DNA of 32,000 nt, taken from positions 1,170,001 to 1,202,000 of the forward strand of contig NZ_AP028907.1 of the NCBI RefSeq assembly GCF_036323395.1, in the 5' to 3' direction. The notes beneath the pieces are model-generated. The model saw nothing but the letters and a program-made list of their open reading frames with translations, did not search any database and was not told where the DNA came from. The translations under genes and the position numbers were made by a program. Position 1 is the stretch's first letter, and each line of letters begins with the position of its first letter. The DNA comes from Pyrodictium abyssi. Its GTDB lineage: Archaea > Thermoproteota > Thermoprotei_A > Sulfolobales > Pyrodictiaceae. Positions 28,033-32,000 of the stretch are shown here, one piece after another.

Positions 28033-28476
28033 TTAGCCCGGCTCTTGAAGTTGATCGAGTGATAGGACACGGGGTTCTTCGCCGAGTAGCTCTGCTAGTC
28101 TCTTTGCTTCTTTATTCACCTTCCTGGCGAGCTTTTTATCCTCCGTTATAAGGGTTAGGTGGTTTTCCGAAGCCGCTACTACGTAGGCTGAATCGTAGAA
28201 GGTAGTCCGGAGTTCATGAGCTACGGTAAGGACCAGAATAGGGTCCCTAGGAGCCACGATATTCATCCTCTCTATGAGAGCATAAGCGGCTTTTAGCACA
28301 TCCTTAGCCTCTACCACGGACAGAGTGCCCAGGAGTGTGGACTCCTTCCAGACGGCATTCCCGACCTTGTAGAGCGCCAAGCTTATGGTGTAACTGCCGC
28401 GTAGCACCTCGTATGCTCTTGACCCGTACCTTCTTATAGCCATTAGTATGCTAGAAGCGTCGAAGAGGGCTTTCAC
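28033..28476 (-). CDS. vapC: PIN-domain toxin VapC-like
   Basis: MKALFDASSILMAIRR...ALYKVGNAVWKE...TTFYDSAYVVAASENHLTLITEDKKLARK. Confidence 0.9.
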   Translation of the reverse strand: MKALFDASSILMAIRRYGSRAYEVLRGSYTISLALYKVGNAVWKESTLLGTLSVVEAKDVLKAAYALIERMNIVAPRDPILVLTVAHELRTTFYDSAYVVAASENHLTLITEDKKLARKVNKEAKRLAELLGEEPRVLSLDQLQEPG

Positions 28477-28703
28477 CTCTCCTCCCTCATTGACCTAATT
28501 GTTTCGACTATCCGCTCCTCCGGTACCTTCTCAAGGATCTTTCCAGCCCTCTCCAGCATCTTCTTTACTTCCTCTTCCTCCCTCTTGGCAACCTCTTCCT
28601 CCAGAGCTCTGTTTATAACCTCGCTGACATCAATACGGTACTTGCGGAGTTTATCCCAGAGTTCTTTCCGAATCCTCGTAGACACGGTAACATAAGACTC
28701 CAT
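28473..28703 (-). CDS. vapB: VapB-like antitoxin
   Basis: MESYVTVSTRIRKELWDKLRKYRIDVSEVINRALEEEVAKREEEEVKK; 4-bp overlap with the vapC start. Confidence 0.87.
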   Translation of the reverse strand: MESYVTVSTRIRKELWDKLRKYRIDVSEVINRALEEEVAKREEEEVKKMLERAGKILEKVPEERIVETIRSMREER

Positions 28704-28934
28704 AGCTGCTCCACCAGCACGTACTGCGTAAACCGTTGTGCAAATACATTACTCTGACTAGCATGCACAGGCCAGAGTCCGGCAGCGGGCTACAAGAACA
28801 GTGGATAAAGGCCACACATACTGTGGGAGCCAGAGCAGCTGATAGGCATAAGGGCTCCGCAACAGCCTGAGCCGTGTACGGCCTCTGCGCCGTCGGCGCC
28901 TAAGAGGGGCAGAAGAGGCTACAGAGAGGAGGGG

Positions 28935-29795
28935 GTGGCGGCTACGTCTGTCCTGCCTGGGGAGCTGTGGGGCCTCGTGGCCCGGTTGCTTGAGGCTCTT
29001 GACCGTGAGGAGTTGCGGTTCTCGGGGACGCGTACGCTCCGGGGCCACTCGCTCCTCGTGGCCTACTACGCCTCCGTCATAGCTGCTAGGCTTGGCCTGG
29101 ACCCCGTGGTGTACTACCTGGCGGGGCTCCTCCACGACTACGGTAAGCTGGAGGCACGGGCCCGGGGCCTAGACGAGGAGGAGTACACCGCCGGGGCGGC
29201 CCGGGGCCTGCTAGAGGGGCTCGGCGCGCCTAGGCAGCTAGCCGAGGCTGTCGCGGAGGTCCTCCGCCGCGGGACCACCGGCGACCCGGTGCTCGGCGAC
29301 GCCGACGTTGTCTCGAAGCTCGGGCTCCGAGGCCTCGCCGAGTTCGTGGCGAAGTGGACTGCGCGGGGCAGCGACCTTGCAGGGATGCTGGTCGAAGGGC
29401 TCCCCAGGGAGCTGACGGTGGCCCGTAACGTGGACAGGTACCTCTGCACCGGGGCCGCCAGGGAGATCGCAGCGCAGCTCGCCGGGGAGACGCTGGAGGC
29501 CTACAGGAGGCTCCTAGAGGAGGCTGAGGAGGCGCTAGGCCTAGGCCTCCGGCTAGAGGAGAGAAGCGTCGAGGACGTAACCGCCGTCTTCGTCGCGCTA
29601 GAGCGCTGCCCCCGCTGCCTCCGGGAGGGGCTCGAGAAGCGCCTAGAGCCGCGCCGAGGCCGAGTATGCAGGGGCTACAAGCTTGTGCACTGGTGCCCCC
29701 GCTGCGGCTGGACAGGTTCCGGCGGAGTATGCCTCCCGAGGAGGCGCTGCACAGGTTCAGAGGCTGGTGACGCGTGCCCGGCCTGCCGGGGGTAG
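28935..29795 (+). CDS. HD-domain phosphohydrolase-like protein with C-terminal Cys-rich (zinc ribbon-like) region
   Basis: RGHSLLVAYYASVIAARLGLDPVVYYLAGLLHDYGKLEA (H...HD); later GDADVVSKLG; C-terminal CPRCLREG, CRGYKLVHWCPRCG, CLPRRRC, CPAC. Confidence 0.82.
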   Translation: MAATSVLPGELWGLVARLLEALDREELRFSGTRTLRGHSLLVAYYASVIAARLGLDPVVYYLAGLLHDYGKLEARARGLDEEEYTAGAARGLLEGLGAPRQLAEAVAEVLRRGTTGDPVLGDADVVSKLGLRGLAEFVAKWTARGSDLAGMLVEGLPRELTVARNVDRYLCTGAAREIAAQLAGETLEAYRRLLEEAEEALGLGLRLEERSVEDVTAVFVALERCPRCLREGLEKRLEPRRGRVCRGYKLVHWCPRCGWTGSGGVCLPRRRCTGSEAGDACPACRG

Positions 29796-29854
29796 ACGGT
29801 CTGCCTCCCATCCACGCGTAGTAGAACGTATCAGCCTCCGGCGCTACGGGGCGT

Positions 29855-30571
29855 GTGTCTGGGGTTTCTGGCCTCTTGGCCGAGGAGTGCAGGGTACGGG
29901 TCATAGGGCTTGTGGGCGGGGCTTTCCTGGACGAGGAGCACAGCGTGGAAGGGGCCTCCACCGCGGGCGAGCTGGTCGAGAGGCTCGGCCTGGGCGGCGC
30001 AGCGGTATACGCTGGCGGCAGGAGGCTCGAGCCCAGCGACCAGCTGCCAAGAGGCTGCCAGGGCGTAGCCGTGCTCGCCCCGCCGCCCGGCGTGCTGCTC
30101 GCCAGGGTAGCCGAGCCCGGAGAGAGGGTGGACCTCGACGGGCTCTCCCGGCTCATGGCCCGGCGCGCAACGCTACTGGGAGGCGGCGCCCTCGTAGCCT
30201 TCATGGGGTTCGTGAAGGGCCGGGTAGGCGGCGCGGAGGTCTCGAGGCTGGAGTACGAGGCGCTGGAGCCCCACGCCACCAGGAGGCTCCGGGAGCTCGC
30301 CGAGAAGTACGCAGGGCTCCCCGGCGTGATAGACGTCGCCGCTATACACTACCAGGGGGGCCTCGGGCCCGGCGACCCCACGATATACATCCTAGTAACC
30401 GCCGTGACCCGTAGCATCGCGTTCCACGCTGCCGCACTGCTGCTGGAGGAGGTCAAGCACAGTGTCCCGATATACAAGCTCGAGCGCCGTAGCGACGGCG
30501 ACTACTGGATACTAGGCGACGGCACAAGGATACCCCGAGGAACAGAACGACAAACACACCCACAACTATAA
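29855..30571 (+). CDS. MoaD-MoaE fusion, molybdopterin synthase-like
   Basis: N-terminal ubiquitin-like VRVIGLVGGAFLDEEHSVEG...AAVYAGGRRLEPSDQL; C-terminal MoaE motifs GGALVAFMGFVKGRVGG..VSRLEYEALEPHA, IHYQGGLGPGDPTIYILVTAVTRSIAFHAAALLLEEVKHSVPIYKLE. Confidence 0.88.
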   Translation: MSGVSGLLAEECRVRVIGLVGGAFLDEEHSVEGASTAGELVERLGLGGAAVYAGGRRLEPSDQLPRGCQGVAVLAPPPGVLLARVAEPGERVDLDGLSRLMARRATLLGGGALVAFMGFVKGRVGGAEVSRLEYEALEPHATRRLRELAEKYAGLPGVIDVAAIHYQGGLGPGDPTIYILVTAVTRSIAFHAAALLLEEVKHSVPIYKLERRSDGDYWILGDGTRIPRGTERQTHPQL

Positions 30572-30873
30572 ATCCTCTAGCACACGCCCGGAACTAAACT
30601 TGAAGTTCCAGCTCTAGTACTCAGCTTCCTCCGGCCAGGTTTCAACCACCTAGATACACGTCATCCTCAAGTCCATGAGCCAACTACAAAGCTCCTACCG
30701 ACTCATTACGACGTTATTCTGATATAATTTATAAATTAATAATTAATCTCTAGCCTCACCGTTTTGCAGCTCTAAAGACGAGCAGTAACTCTTACATCTT
30801 ACATTAATAACGAATATAAGCAAAGCCTATAATGTAATAAAAATAAACAAAGGTATAGACATTAGTAATCATC

Positions 30874-31950
30874 CTAGACGAGCAATTTAAGTATATCTAC
30901 GACTCGTCCTATTTCGCCTAAGAGATGTTCTAACAAACTCTCTTCTCCATTTTCATTTTTACGGTGAAGATATCTAATAACGGCTGCACGAGTACATGGT
31001 GCATTATTCTTGCCACTATTTGATTTAAATAGAGCAATATTTCTGAAAACATCACAGGTTACTTCTGATATAATCTTAGTATCATCCTGCATATTGATAT
31101 TCACTTTTTCTATACTCTTCATGCTGTCTTCAGGTATATATTTATCAGCGATACATTCGATTTTTCCTTCAATTCTTTTCCAGATATCCAGCTGGTAAAA
31201 GTTCAGAATAGGGTATATCTCCACATCTCCTATTTGTTTTCTAATTTTCTCTACTTCTTTAAAATCTTTGTGTATCTTATCTAAAATCTTTACATGTGAA
31301 AACGAATTTGTATGTGGGATGTCGGTTTGGCCTAAGCCGTGCCCGCCCCCCGTATTCCCCGTATTTCTACATTCTTTAGGTAAATCAGGTAAATCATATA
31401 GTAATGCGAGAGCCCTTGTATCTATTAAGTATATAATTCGTACTCTCATGCCTCGAGATACTACCTTCTCTTCCTTTCGGAGGAGTTCAACCAGCATCTT
31501 CAAGAGATCAGAGAAGTCTTTCGGGTTGAACGTTAGTATTGGTGATAAATCGATAATGACGTTTAGTGTGCTTTCCCCCTCTAAGTGTTGCAAGTGTTGC
31601 CTAATAATGTCCAAGATGCTAGCCACAATAAGTGCCGTATTTGATACAATGACTGCAAGCATCATATCTTTTTCCTTGGTTCCAGCTACATCGTAGATAT
31701 GCACCTTATCATTATCTCTAAGCATGTAGCGGTTAAATTTAATTACTTTGCCTACTTCATTATCTTCCGACCTCAACAGCAACGTTAGAGGAAAGGGTGT
31801 TGCAGGATCCAATGATATACATATGCTCTCGCCTTTATTATGCTGTCCAAAGGTGCTGCATAGTGCAGACGCTATAAGCGACTTCCCAGTACCACCCTTA
31901 TGCGAAGTAACAATATACAAGTTTATAACCGGATTATATCTGCCTGCCAT
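30874..31950 (-). CDS. ParA/MinD-like (SIMIBI) P-loop ATPase
   Basis: INLYIVTSHKGGTGKSLIASALCSTFGQHNKGESICISLDPATPFPLTLL (deviant Walker A with signature Lys), NVIIDLSPILTFN (switch II-like). AGGAGGTAAT-like Shine-Dalgarno upstream. Confidence 0.82.
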   Translation of the reverse strand: MAGRYNPVINLYIVTSHKGGTGKSLIASALCSTFGQHNKGESICISLDPATPFPLTLLLRSEDNEVGKVIKFNRYMLRDNDKVHIYDVAGTKEKDMMLAVIVSNTALIVASILDIIRQHLQHLEGESTLNVIIDLSPILTFNPKDFSDLLKMLVELLRKEEKVVSRGMRVRIIYLIDTRALALLYDLPDLPKECRNTGNTGGGHGLGQTDIPHTNSFSHVKILDKIHKDFKEVEKIRKQIGDVEIYPILNFYQLDIWKRIEGKIECIADKYIPEDSMKSIEKVNINMQDDTKIISEVTCDVFRNIALFKSNSGKNNAPCTRAAVIRYLHRKNENGEESLLEHLLGEIGRVVDILKLLV

Positions 31951-32000
31951 CCCATATTACCTCCTAGCTTAGTTCATCACATAGGTAGAGAAGCGTTGCA

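Noticed and set aside
28935-29795. Cas3'' HD nuclease as evidence for CRISPR-Cas
   Set aside because: No cas genes or repeat array in the window, and neighbours are cofactor genes; the HD motif alone is not diagnostic.
29230-30279. 349-aa minus-strand ORF antisense to the HD and MoaE genes
   Set aside because: Ser/Pro/Arg-rich shadow translation; the plus-strand frames carry recognisable conserved domains.

Overview
This window comes from a hyperthermophilic archaeon, probably a Desulfurococcales/Pyrodictiaceae-like crenarchaeon (inferred from codon usage, GC-rich core genes and TATA-type promoters). The GC-rich backbone holds a scattered histidine pathway: hisF C-terminus, hisD, hisE, hisH, hisI on +, and hisB, hisA, hisG on -. 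It also holds a DUF234-type archaeal ATPase, a thioredoxin-like protein, an HTH-PRTase regulator (GfcR-like), a BMP-family binding protein with a twin-arginine leader, a membrane-anchored SDH-type Clp-fold protease, mobB, a MoaD-MoaE fusion, an HD/zinc-ribbon protein and two vapBC pairs. Between hisB and hisA lies a visibly AT-richer accessory block (~9.6-19.2 kb). Its main content is a minus-strand gene set: OLD/RecF-like AAA ATPase, separate TOPRIM protein, small antitoxin-like coiled coil, a 442-aa protein of unknown family, and a PD-(D/E)XK-like nuclease. Next to it are two paralogous helical proteins (possibly HEPN-like), a third protein of similar style, and a truncated AAA ATPase. I regard this as the best candidate for an undescribed defence or genome-conflict system. 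Other notable points are a multiply frameshifted fused OLD-like gene at 3.1-5.3 kb, a HisI with a degenerate PRTase-like C-terminal extension, and a strict 24-bp-period ACCGTANACCGT repeat just upstream of one vapB. All family assignments are from motif recognition by eye; no database search was run.
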